This document shows, one piece after another, positions 16,861 to 25,435 of a stretch of 32,000 nucleotides of DNA; positions within the stretch are counted from its first letter, which is position 1, and each line of letters begins with the position of its first letter. The translations under genes were made by a program, and so were the position numbers. The notes under the pieces are model-generated. The model made no database searches and had not been told where the DNA came from. It saw only the letters and a program-made list of their open reading frames with translations. Origin of the DNA: Caldimicrobium thiodismutans. GTDB taxonomy: Bacteria > Desulfobacterota > Thermodesulfobacteria > Thermodesulfobacteriales > Thermodesulfobacteriaceae. The DNA is taken from assembly GCF_001548275.1 (NCBI RefSeq), contig NZ_AP014945.1, positions 90,001-122,000 of the forward strand, in the 5' to 3' direction.

Positions 16861-18156
16861 CTAATCTATTTTTTCAAGGACATAGTCTAAATAATACCAG
16901 CTTCTTTCTCTATTATATAAAGCTTCATAATATTTGCTTTGGGAAATAAACTTTTGACTTTGAGCGTATAAATAATCATATAAACTACTTACACCTTCTT
17001 CATACTTTATTTTTTCAATTCTTTCAACCTCATCAGCATATTTGATTTGATTAAAAATTGCGTCAACCTCAGCTTGAGCTGTCTTTATTTGATTTATAGC
17101 TTCAGTTAATCTTTTTTCAAACTCAAGTCTCGTTTTTTCTTCTTCAAGAAGGCTATTTTCAAAGGAAAGTTTTGAGGCTACAAGATCACTTGAGCGCTTA
17201 CCAAAATCAAATAAAGTAAAGTTAAGCATAAACCCAATCTGCCATACCTCTTTATCTTTTCCGTTTCCAAGATTCTTTTGATAATCAAGATCTAATATAA
17301 GTTGGGGAAAATAAGGGGCCTTAGCTTGTTCAATTTTTTTGCGAGATATTTCCTTTAAGATCTCCGCTTTTTTGGAAGAATAAAGTTTTGGGTAATAGGT
17401 TTTTAAAAAATTTTCCCTACTTAGTTCGATTCCTGATATCTCCCTTACGGAAATATCTTTTAAAACAAAATTTTCCTTTGGGTAATTAATAAGAATTTTT
17501 AATGTTTCTTTGAGAGTTTCTATGGTATTTTGAAGTGCTATGATTTGGCTTTCTACATCCCTTTTAACATAGGAAACCTTTAATAGGTCTACCTCGGGTT
17601 TTTTACCCACTTTAACTTGTGTTTCTATATCTTTGTATAACTGGGTTAAGGCATGGTTATAATTCTCCATAGCCTCTTTTTGCCTTTGAAGGGTTAAGAT
17701 TTTTAGATATATTGACCTCACATTGAAGGCAATTTCATTTTTAGTTAGATTTAGCAATACATCAGAAAGATTTTCTTTTAATTTAGAGATTTCTATTTCC
17801 TTTTCAATTTTAAAGCCTGTAAAAAGAGGAAGAGTATATTTTAATCCAGGGATAAAAATATTTTCAGCAGTAGCTTTTACTGGAACCTCGGGAGCTAAGG
17901 CTCGAGGAAAATTATAATGAGTATAGTTTAAAAATCCAGAAAGTGTTCCCCAGCGCTCTCCCTTTTTGCTTAAGGTCTCATATTTTGAGATATCCTTATT
18001 TACAAATTTTTGCCTTATTTCTGTATTTCTCTCTAAGGAGAGCTTAACAGCCTCTTCTATAGTAAGTTCATCTATAGCAAGAGAATAACCTGAAAAATGA
18101 TGAAGAAAAAATAAAAAAGATAGAATTAGGATGTTCCAGCCTTTTTTAAAAAACAT
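16861..18156 (-). CDS. TolC-like outer-membrane efflux protein
   Basis: Signal peptide and duplicated coiled-coil-rich OEP repeats. First gene of the efflux operon. SD GGGGAGGGAAG. Confidence 0.85.
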   Translation of the reverse strand: MFFKKGWNILILSFLFFLHHFSGYSLAIDELTIEEAVKLSLERNTEIRQKFVNKDISKYETLSKKGERWGTLSGFLNYTHYNFPRALAPEVPVKATAENIFIPGLKYTLPLFTGFKIEKEIEISKLKENLSDVLLNLTKNEIAFNVRSIYLKILTLQRQKEAMENYNHALTQLYKDIETQVKVGKKPEVDLLKVSYVKRDVESQIIALQNTIETLKETLKILINYPKENFVLKDISVREISGIELSRENFLKTYYPKLYSSKKAEILKEISRKKIEQAKAPYFPQLILDLDYQKNLGNGKDKEVWQIGFMLNFTLFDFGKRSSDLVASKLSFENSLLEEEKTRLEFEKRLTEAINQIKTAQAEVDAIFNQIKYADEVERIEKIKYEEGVSSLYDYLYAQSQKFISQSKYYEALYNRERSWYYLDYVLEKID

Positions 18157-18191
18157 TATCTGCTTCCCTCCCCTTAATTCAGACTTCTAAA

Positions 18192-18219
18192 ATTTTATAA
18201 CTTTATTGCCAAATGTCAA
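18192..18219 (-). promoter_or_regulatory. Sigma70-like promoter of the efflux operon
   Basis: On the minus strand: TTGACA (18219-18214), 16-nt spacer, TAAAAT (18197-18192). Confidence 0.5.
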
Positions 18220-18228
18220 TATACCGAA

Positions 18229-18282
18229 TTGCCTCATTAAAAATCTATTCGAAATTTTATCGTTGCCTCATATAAAAAATCT
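18229..18282. repeat. Direct repeat TTGCCTCAT(T/ATA)AAAAATCT x2 upstream of the efflux promoter
   Basis: Copies at 18229-18246 and 18263-18282. Confidence 0.7.
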
Positions 18283-18537
18283 CCTAAATCCAATTTAGAT
18301 CTTCTATTTAACCTTCACAAAGAAACTACCTATTTCGCCCCTCTTGAATTTACGAGCTTAGTTCTTTCGCAAAGCTTATTTCTAAGGAAAGAGTGGGTAA
18401 GGAGCTTTGCAGAAAGATAAGGAGATATCAGAAAATGCTTGAGAGATCATATTTAGAGAAAAAAGGGAATTATTTTCGGGAAAAAAATTGACAATAAAAA
18501 GAAGGAAGAGGTAAAATAATTCCCTTTAGAAAATTAA
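18280..18537 (+). repeat. Repeat family R2, copy a (promoter-bearing)
   Basis: Colinear with the reverse complement of 25436-25702. Differences are scattered substitutions and one ~12-nt indel. It starts with the palindrome CTAAATCCAATTTAG and ends with ...TTTAGAAAATTAA. Confidence 0.9.
18488..18517 (+). promoter_or_regulatory. Sigma70-like promoter inside R2a facing the glutamate synthase operon
   Basis: TTGACA (18488-18493), 18-nt spacer, TAAAAT (18512-18517). Confidence 0.55.
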
Positions 18538-18564
18538 CAAACAAGCAGGGGCTTTCCCTACTAA

Positions 18565-18634
18565 CACCTCTCACCTTTCACCTTTCACCTTTCACCTTTC
18601 ACCTTTCACCTCTCACCTCTCACCTCTCACCTTT
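18565..18634. repeat. Heptamer tandem array (CACCTYT) x10
   Basis: Unit order: CACCTCT x1, CACCTTT x5, CACCTCT x3, CACCTTT x1. Counted directly. Confidence 0.95.
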
Positions 18635-18801
18635 TCCTTTTAGAGATATGAACCTATGCCCTCCCCACCTGATACCTTTTACACAAGAAAACTTAGTTCT
18701 GACATAAAAATTTGGTTCTTCCAATTTGAATGGATTTGTTTTTTTAAAATTTAAGGTATAATAACAACATTCTGCTTGTTTAGAAGGAGGATTGATATAA
18801 G

Positions 18802-20325
18802 ATGGCTACTCCCCAGTTTGCCAGTTTTTATCCTGATTTTTATATAGAGCGTCTGTGGGATAAGTGTATTAAGTGTAAGAGATGTGTTAAAGAGTGCCCT
18901 TATGAGGCTCACATCTGGGATGCCAAGAAAAAGACCCTTCTTGAAGACCATATCAAGTGTGTAGGGTGCCATAGATGTGAGGCTATATGTCCAACTAAGG
19001 CCATTATCATTAGAAGACATCCAGCTCAATTTAGAGAACATGCCCTTTGGACATCCTGGTATATCAAAAATGTTTACAAACAGGCAGATCAAGGAGGGGT
19101 TCTTTTAACCTCAACGGGGTGTGCCCTTCCTTTTAAAAACTATTTTGATCACCTGGTTCTGGATGCCTGTCAGGTGACGAATCCCCCCATTGATCCCCTA
19201 AGAGAGCCAATGGAGCTCCGCACTTATATTGGGCCAAAGCCTGAGGCCCTTGAAATTGAAGAGGTTAATGGAAAGTTTAGACTTAAAAAGAAGCTTCCTC
19301 CTCTGCTGAAACTTGAGACACCTATTATGTTTGCAGCTATGTCCTATGGAGCTATTAGTCTTCATGTTCATCAGGGGCTTGCCAAGGCAGCGCGTGATCT
19401 CGGAACTTATTATAATACAGGGGAAGGAGGTCTCCATGCCTCCCTTTATGAATATGGCTCAAATACTATTGTGCAGTGTGCCTCCGGGCGTTTTGGTCTG
19501 CATGTAGATTATCTTAATGCAGGTGTGGCAATAGAGATAAAAATTGGCCAGGGAGCTAAACCTGGAATCGGGGGACATCTTCCAGGAGAAAAAGTCACAG
19601 AAGAGATCTCTAAGACTCGAATGATTCCCGTTGGAAGTGATGCCCTTTCTCCAGCCCCTCATCACGACATTTACTCCATTGAAGATTTGAGGGGACTAAT
19701 TTATGCTTTAAAGGAGGCTACAGAGTATAAAAAACTTGTCTTTGTTAAAATTGCAGCAGTTCATAATGTAGCTGCTATTGCATCAGGAATAGTAAGAGCT
19801 GGAGCAGATGCAGTGGTAATTGATGGGCTTAAAGGTGGAACCGGGGCTGCTCCAACTATGTTCAGAGATTATATTGGAATTCCCATTGAGCTTGCTATTT
19901 CAGCGGTGGATAAGCGACTAAGGGCAGAAGGCATTCGCCACAGAACAAGCATTATTGCCTCAGGTGGAATTCGCTGTAGTGCCGATGTAGTGAAGGCTAT
20001 AGCTCTTGGAGCAGATGCGGTTTATATTGGAACAGCAGCTCTCATTGCCGTTGGATGCACTATGTGCCAGAGGTGTTATACGGGAAAATGCCCCTGGGGA
20101 ATTGCCACTAATAAACCTGAACTGATTAAAAGGCTTCCCCCTGAGGTTGCCTATGAAAAGATCTATAATCTTGTAAAGGCCTGGTCTCATGAGATTAAAG
20201 AGATGCTTGGTGCTATGGGAATCAATTCCATTGAGAGTTTAAAGGGGAATAGAGATAAATTACGAGCTGTTGGTTTAACAAAGGAAGAGATGGAAATCCT
20301 TGAAGTAAAACACGCAGGGGAGTAA
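18802..20325 (+). CDS. Glutamate synthase FMN-binding domain protein (GltB domain 2) with N-terminal 2x[4Fe-4S] ferredoxin domain
   Basis: CIKCKRCVKECP and CVGCHRCEAICP motifs. Followed by the GltS FMN domain (IEIKIGQGAKPGIGGHLPG, ASGGIR, DAVYIGTAAL). Confidence 0.9.
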   Translation: MATPQFASFYPDFYIERLWDKCIKCKRCVKECPYEAHIWDAKKKTLLEDHIKCVGCHRCEAICPTKAIIIRRHPAQFREHALWTSWYIKNVYKQADQGGVLLTSTGCALPFKNYFDHLVLDACQVTNPPIDPLREPMELRTYIGPKPEALEIEEVNGKFRLKKKLPPLLKLETPIMFAAMSYGAISLHVHQGLAKAARDLGTYYNTGEGGLHASLYEYGSNTIVQCASGRFGLHVDYLNAGVAIEIKIGQGAKPGIGGHLPGEKVTEEISKTRMIPVGSDALSPAPHHDIYSIEDLRGLIYALKEATEYKKLVFVKIAAVHNVAAIASGIVRAGADAVVIDGLKGGTGAAPTMFRDYIGIPIELAISAVDKRLRAEGIRHRTSIIASGGIRCSADVVKAIALGADAVYIGTAALIAVGCTMCQRCYTGKCPWGIATNKPELIKRLPPEVAYEKIYNLVKAWSHEIKEMLGAMGINSIESLKGNRDKLRAVGLTKEEMEILEVKHAGE

Positions 20326-20330
20326 TAGCT

Positions 20331-21527
20331 ATGTGGAATATAGCTTTAAGGGCAAAAGAAATTTCTGGTTGTGGAATTGCAGGTATTATTCATCGCAAAG
20401 GGGAGCTTATCCCTGGAGAGATGATTCTTAAGGCCATTTGTTGTCAGTATGAAAGAGGAAACGGTCTGGGAGCAGGGTTTGCTGCTTATGGAATCTACCC
20501 TGAGCTTGCAGATTACTATGCTTTGCATGTAATGGCTCAGAGTAAGCAAGCTCTTGTTAAGGTAGAAGAGTTTCTGCAGAAATTTACCTTTTTAAACTTT
20601 CAAGAACCCATTCCTACAAAAAAGGTAAAGACCATAAAGAATCCTCCTATTTTTAAAAGATACTTTGTAAGACCCAAATTTGATGAGGTTGATGCAGAGT
20701 TTTGTGATCTCTCTGCAGAAGATGATCGCATGGTTCAGCTTGTTATGGAGATAAATGAGACCATAGAAGGTGCTTATGTGATCTCTTCGGGTAAAAATAT
20801 GGGGGCTTTTAAGGGGGTTGGCTTTCCTGATGAGATAGCTGAATTTTTTCGCATCAATGAATATAAGGCCTTTATCTGGACTGCTCACAATCGTTTTCCA
20901 ACCAATACACCTGGCTGGTGGGGTGGAGCCCATCCCTTTACTCTTCTTGATTGGTCAATTGTTCATAATGGAGAGATCTCAAGCTATGGAACAAATAAAA
21001 GATATCTTGAACTTTTTGGATATAAATGCACACTTTTAACAGATACGGAAGTTGTAGCCTATGTTCTTGATTTTCTTATAAGGAAACATGGTCTTCCTCT
21101 TGAACTTGCCTGCAAGGCCATGGCTCCTCCTTTTTGGATGGAGATTGACGAGATGTCTGAAGAGGAAAGAGAGCTTTATACTGCCATAAGAATCCTTTAT
21201 GGTGGAGCAGTTTTAAATGGTCCCTTTGCTATTCTTTTTGCTTACAACGGAGGACTTGTGGGTCTAAATGACAGAGTTAAGCTGAGACCTCTTGTGGCTG
21301 CCTCAAAGGGGGATATCTGCTATATGGCTTCAGAAGAGTCTGCTATTCGAGCTATTTGTCCTGATCCTGAAAAGGTATGGGCCCCCAAAGCTGGAGAACC
21401 TGTTATTGTGGAGATGGAAGAGGGAGTTATCCCCAATCAAAAGAGTTATCTCAATGTAAGATCAAAGGAGGTTAGTGAGGATGCCCTTAGACTTGGAAGT
21501 TTCCCCCTTTCATTACTCGCAGGTTAA
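20331..21527 (+). CDS. Class II (Ntn) glutamine amidotransferase, GltB domain 1-like
   Basis: CGIAGII nucleophile context 13 residues after the predicted Met. HNRFPTNT and HNGEISSYG motifs. Confidence 0.85.
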   Translation: MWNIALRAKEISGCGIAGIIHRKGELIPGEMILKAICCQYERGNGLGAGFAAYGIYPELADYYALHVMAQSKQALVKVEEFLQKFTFLNFQEPIPTKKVKTIKNPPIFKRYFVRPKFDEVDAEFCDLSAEDDRMVQLVMEINETIEGAYVISSGKNMGAFKGVGFPDEIAEFFRINEYKAFIWTAHNRFPTNTPGWWGGAHPFTLLDWSIVHNGEISSYGTNKRYLELFGYKCTLLTDTEVVAYVLDFLIRKHGLPLELACKAMAPPFWMEIDEMSEEERELYTAIRILYGGAVLNGPFAILFAYNGGLVGLNDRVKLRPLVAASKGDICYMASEESAIRAICPDPEKVWAPKAGEPVIVEMEEGVIPNQKSYLNVRSKEVSEDALRLGSFPLSLLAG

Positions 21528-22224
21528 TAGAATTATTCGGGAACATATCCTTAAGGGTGAAAAGGAGTTTATTCTTAGGGGAGTAAATGGTCACAGATAT
21601 CTCTTTGGAGGGATATCTGCTAAGATCTCTGCCCAAATTTATGGGACACCAGGACTTGATTTGGGCTCTTTTATGAGAGGCCCTGAGATCAGAGTTTTTG
21701 GAAATGTCCAAGACGGGGCAGGAAATACCATGGATGAGGGGAAAATTATTGTGCATGGCATGGCAGGAGATGTGGTTGGATATGCCATGAGAGGCGGGAA
21801 AATTCATATATACGGAGATGTAGGGTATCGCGTAGGGATTCATATGAAGGCTTACATGGAGAAAGTGCCTGTGATAGTGATTGGTGGAAAAGCAGGAGAC
21901 TTTCTGGGTGAATACATGGCAGGTGGTATTATCATTCTCCTTGGAATGCATACAATCTATCCAGAAAGACCCATTGCAGGTCTTTTTCTTGGAACAGGTA
22001 TGCATGGTGGAGCTATTTATGTGAGGGGAAAGGTGAAGGAGTCCCAGCTTGGTCTGGGCTTGAAACCTTACGCCTTAGAAGGAGACGATGAAAAGCTTCT
22101 GGAGAACTACTTAAAGGAGTATTGTGAGGATTTTGGCCTTCAACTCTCCGAGGTGCTAAAAGAAGATTTTATCAAGATCACTCCTTACACCCACCGGCCC
22201 TATGGAAAACTTTATGCTTATTGA
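21481..22224 (+). CDS. GXGXG-motif protein (GltB domain 3-like)
   Basis: Repeated G-rich beta-helix motifs (GNVQDGAGNTMDEGKIIVHGMAGDVVGYAMRGGKIHIYGDVG). I chose ATG 21481 behind AAGGAGG; the track starts at GTG 21475. It overlaps the upstream gene by 47 nt. Confidence 0.85.
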   Translation: MPLDLEVSPFHYSQVNRIIREHILKGEKEFILRGVNGHRYLFGGISAKISAQIYGTPGLDLGSFMRGPEIRVFGNVQDGAGNTMDEGKIIVHGMAGDVVGYAMRGGKIHIYGDVGYRVGIHMKAYMEKVPVIVIGGKAGDFLGEYMAGGIIILLGMHTIYPERPIAGLFLGTGMHGGAIYVRGKVKESQLGLGLKPYALEGDDEKLLENYLKEYCEDFGLQLSEVLKEDFIKITPYTHRPYGKLYAY

Positions 22225-22493
22225 GACTAAAAGAAGCTTACAGTTTTAAGGTTTCTCTCTTTTAGCTCATCTTTCATCACTTAAACCTTAAGGGCCTCAA
22301 AAGATATGCACTCACTTGTGTTTCCTTTAAAACATATAGGAAAAAAATTATTCCTAAAACTTTCTGCCTACGGCAGGCAGGTTAATTGGTTCTATCTTCC
22401 ATAGGATTCAAAATCGGTATCACAAAAAGGTTTCACCAAAATAAAGATATTTATGATGTCTGGCAGGGGAAAATTCAATACTTGCACAAGAAC

Positions 22494-22852
22494 TGCATAA
22501 ATTCAGATCCTTACAAGAAGAAGGAAGTGGGGTAAAAGGGGAATTAGATATCTATACAAGGGAGGTTATACAAGTCTGAAAGTAACACAGGCAATCTTGC
22601 CTGTGGAGGTAAATTACACTCCAATGTATGAAAGAAACACAGACAAGAATGTCTGTGCTACAACAGACCCACAAAAAAATTCAAGGGGTATAAAATTTTA
22701 AACCCCTACTTAAGGAAAGATTTTGCAGATTTTTTATCCTTTCTTTCCGAAGGGGAACGGGTATGTGGAGAGATTTAATTTGTGTTAGGCCCAAAGAAAA
22801 AAATTCTATAAAGTCTTAAAAGATATGGATGCATACAAGAACTGGTCAAAAG
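22494..22852 (-). repeat. Repeat family R1, full copy, inverted relative to 485-849
   Basis: Reverse complement is colinear with 485-849, differing only by scattered substitutions and 1-nt homopolymer indels. Unoccupied IS target: AG (= CT on the other strand) at 22607-22608. Confidence 0.9.
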
Positions 22853-22896
22853 GAGAAAATGGATTATCTTTAATTAAAAACTCTCAGGAGCATGAT

Positions 22897-23709
22897 ATGG
22901 AAGGTATACATAGGGCCAAAGGTTTTGAAAAGATTGTAGAGCCAGTAAGACTCACTTCAAAATCCCGAATAAAATTTCAATGTTATCCTGGAGTTCCTTG
23001 TTTTAAGCTCTGCTGTTCTGAACTTTATCTTCCCCTAACTCCCTATGATATTTTAAGACTCAAGAGATTTCTTAATCTTACTTCGGATGAATTTCTCCTT
23101 CGCTATACAGAACCTTTTATTCTTCCTAAGTCAGGGCTACCTATTGCCAGGCTCAAGATGCAGGATAATGAGGAAAAGACCTGTCCTTTCCTGGGAGAGG
23201 CAGGTTGCACTGTTTATGAAGTGCGTCCTTTAGCCTGTCGATACTATCCCCTTGGATTTGGACTCTTTCGGAATAGAGATGAAGGAAAAAATGAGGACTT
23301 CTTTTATCTTGTCAAAGAGGGATTTTGCCAGGGTTTAGAATCAGGAGAGGAGATTACAGTTGAAGAATATAGAATCTCTCAGGGGATCCCCGGGCTTGAA
23401 GAGCCTATCTTTGAGTGGGCTGAAATCATTATGAAAAAAGAATCCCTCGGGCCAGTTGAGGTGCCTGAAAAGAGTCTTGAACTCTTTTTTATGGTCTCTA
23501 CTAATCCGGAGAGATTTAAAAGCTTTGTCTTTGATACTAAATTTTTGGATATCTTTGAAGTGGATGAAAAAGAGCTTGTTGCTATTAAAGAAGATGAGCT
23601 TAGGCTTTTGCAATTCGGGTTTAAGTGGTTAAAAACTGTGCTCTTTGGAGAGAATTTGGTGAAACGCAGAAAGGAGTCCCCTTCAGTTAAAAAGGTTAAA
23701 CCCTTCTAA
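22897..23709 (+). CDS. YkgJ/UPF0153-family Cys-cluster (Zn/Fe-chelating) protein
   Basis: CYPGVPCFKLCC and CPFLGEAGCTVYEVRPLACRYYP motifs. The track start at 22825 lies inside repeat R1. ATG 22897 has GGAG 7 nt upstream, so I prefer it. Confidence 0.75.
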   Translation: MEGIHRAKGFEKIVEPVRLTSKSRIKFQCYPGVPCFKLCCSELYLPLTPYDILRLKRFLNLTSDEFLLRYTEPFILPKSGLPIARLKMQDNEEKTCPFLGEAGCTVYEVRPLACRYYPLGFGLFRNRDEGKNEDFFYLVKEGFCQGLESGEEITVEEYRISQGIPGLEEPIFEWAEIIMKKESLGPVEVPEKSLELFFMVSTNPERFKSFVFDTKFLDIFEVDEKELVAIKEDELRLLQFGFKWLKTVLFGENLVKRRKESPSVKKVKPF

Positions 23710-24593
23710 GAGATAACCTTTCTGAAAAACTTAAGAAAATTTGTGCAGGCTGGAGGAAATTCCTTATTTTTCAGATAACATAGGTAAAAATTTCTACGAA
23801 TAGAAAAGTCTTTTATTTTTATCTCTTTTAAGAGATTTAGAGATATTTCAAGCTCAACCGCTCTTTTAGACACAAAAGAGAGCCCAAGTCCCTCTTTGAC
23901 AGCAGATTTTACAGCCTCTGTAGACCCCATTTCTCCAACGATTCTTAATTTTTGCGGAAGAAGGTGAGCTCGCTCTAAGGCCTCAACAACATTTTTCCAG
24001 GTTCCTGAGCCCTCTTCCCTCTTGATAATGGGTAAGGTTTCAATCTCCTGCACCTGAATCTCCTTTTTTTCAAAATCAGAAGGAGCAATGAGAATTATTT
24101 CATCTTCACAGCAGGCTTCAAATTTAAGTTCGCTCTGCCTGGACTTAGCTCCAACTATGCCGAGTTCAAATTCCCCTCTCAAGACACCTTCAATTACCCC
24201 CTGAGTATCACTGACCTTGAGATAAACAGAGACCTTGGGGTATTCTTCTTTAAATAGCTTAATAATTTTGGGTAAAATATATTGTCCGGGGATGGTGCTG
24301 CCACCAATCTCCACAAGACCTGCCTCTTCGTCTTTAAAAGGTAAGAGCTCCCGTTCCAACTGGCGATAGATTTGAAGCATCTGCTTTCCGTAGGTGTATA
24401 CAACTTTGCCTGCCTTGGTAGGGATTACATTTCGGGTATCCCGATCCAGAAGCTTAACTCCAAAAATGTTTTCAAGCTCTTTTATGTGTATTGTGATAGT
24501 TGGTTGAGAGAGAAAAAGCTCTTTTGCTGTTTTGGAAAAACTTTTTGTTTCGTAAACTTTTAAAAAAACTTCAAGTTTACGCCAATCCAGCAA
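23706..24593 (-). CDS. LysR-family transcriptional regulator
   Basis: N-terminal wHTH (FSKTAKELFLSQPTITIHIKELE) and a LysR substrate-binding domain, at 295 aa. Confidence 0.9.
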   Translation of the reverse strand: MLDWRKLEVFLKVYETKSFSKTAKELFLSQPTITIHIKELENIFGVKLLDRDTRNVIPTKAGKVVYTYGKQMLQIYRQLERELLPFKDEEAGLVEIGGSTIPGQYILPKIIKLFKEEYPKVSVYLKVSDTQGVIEGVLRGEFELGIVGAKSRQSELKFEACCEDEIILIAPSDFEKKEIQVQEIETLPIIKREEGSGTWKNVVEALERAHLLPQKLRIVGEMGSTEAVKSAVKEGLGLSFVSKRAVELEISLNLLKEIKIKDFSIRRNFYLCYLKNKEFPPACTNFLKFFRKVIS

Positions 24594-24661
24594 AGGCTAC
24601 CTCAATTAATATTTTTGAAGAAATTATAATCCCAATTTATAGAAAATGTCAAGTATAGTTA

Positions 24662-25408
24662 TTAAATTTTTTTATAAATTAGAGGAGCAAAGAGGCTCAT
24701 GAGTGCAAAAGAAGCAGTTTCTGCTCTGAGGATGTGAGGGGAAAGGGAGATTTCTAAAAAACCTTTTTTTAATGCCTCTTCCCTTTCCTCAGAAGAAAGG
24801 CCTCCCTCTGGACCAGAAAGGAGAAAAATTTTTCTAAAACCACTTTTAATTTCCTTAATCACCTCTTCAAGGGTGAGTTTACCCTCGGTTGAGGCTAAGA
24901 TTTTTAGGCAATTCAAATGAGGTAATTTTTGGAGGGTCTCTTTGAGGTTTTCGGAGATTTCCATTTCAGGCAGGGTTAGCCTTCCCGATTGTTTAAGGGC
25001 CGAGAGGGCCTTTTCCCGTAAGCGTAATATTTTTTGAGATGTAATTTTGGGGATGGTAAAGGTAGAATGATAAATTATAAATCCTGTTATCCCAAGCTCA
25101 GTTCCTTTTTCAATGAGAAAATCGGTTTTATCCCCTTTGAGAGCAGGCACAAGGGCAAAACATTTAATGAAAGGAGATTTTTCCTCTCTCAAAATTTGTA
25201 ATAATTCAACTTCTACAAAGATCTTTCTTCCTTTTTCTTTAACCCTTAAAATTTCTCCGAGAAATTCTTTTCCCTTTCCATTTATAAGGATGACCGCCTC
25301 ACCTTCCTTTTTCCGGTAAACTCTGATCAGGTGATGAGCCTCATCTTGGGGTAATAGGCCCTTTTTTCCGGAAAAATCAAAGAAAAATCTGTTCCCCCCT
25401 TTTAGCAT
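24662..25408 (-). CDS. rsmE: 16S rRNA (uracil1498-N3)-methyltransferase RsmE
   Basis: RFFFD...EAHHLIRVYR N-terminus and GPEGGLSSEE / RAETA C-terminal motifs. The track start at 25435 has no SD. Met10 (25408) follows AAAGGAAAAG and gives the usual M..RFF N-terminus. Confidence 0.85.
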   Translation of the reverse strand: MLKGGNRFFFDFSGKKGLLPQDEAHHLIRVYRKKEGEAVILINGKGKEFLGEILRVKEKGRKIFVEVELLQILREEKSPFIKCFALVPALKGDKTDFLIEKGTELGITGFIIYHSTFTIPKITSQKILRLREKALSALKQSGRLTLPEMEISENLKETLQKLPHLNCLKILASTEGKLTLEEVIKEIKSGFRKIFLLSGPEGGLSSEEREEALKKGFLEISLSPHILRAETASFALMSLFAPLIYKKI

Positions 25409-25435
25409 CTTTTCCTTTACCCCGTAATGCCTCAT

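Noticed and set aside
18565-18634. The heptamer array as a CRISPR-like array, or as an anti-SD mimic sequestering the glt SD
   Set aside because: The units are contiguous with no spacers, so this is not CRISPR. CACCUYU only loosely resembles the 16S 3' end, and I could not draw a convincing duplex with AGAAGGAGG at 18783-18791.
21487-22005. 172-aa ORF antisense to the GXGXG gene; similar antisense ORFs at 18751-19092, 20592-20933, 14346-14651 and 15404-15754
   Set aside because: Each is fully embedded opposite a strongly supported CDS, with His/Cys/Ser-rich nonsense composition.
22225-22493. Possible terminator or small RNA after the glt operon: CTAAAAGA...TCTTTTAG stem and CTGCCTACGGCAGG hairpin
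   Set aside because: The stems are short or have a 24-nt loop, and neither is followed by a U-tract. The evidence is insufficient to call a feature.
22623-22700. 25-codon ORF (MYERNTDKNVCATTDPQK...) inside R1 module B
   Set aside because: An A6/A7 homopolymer difference shifts the frame between the two full copies, so it is not conserved as coding.
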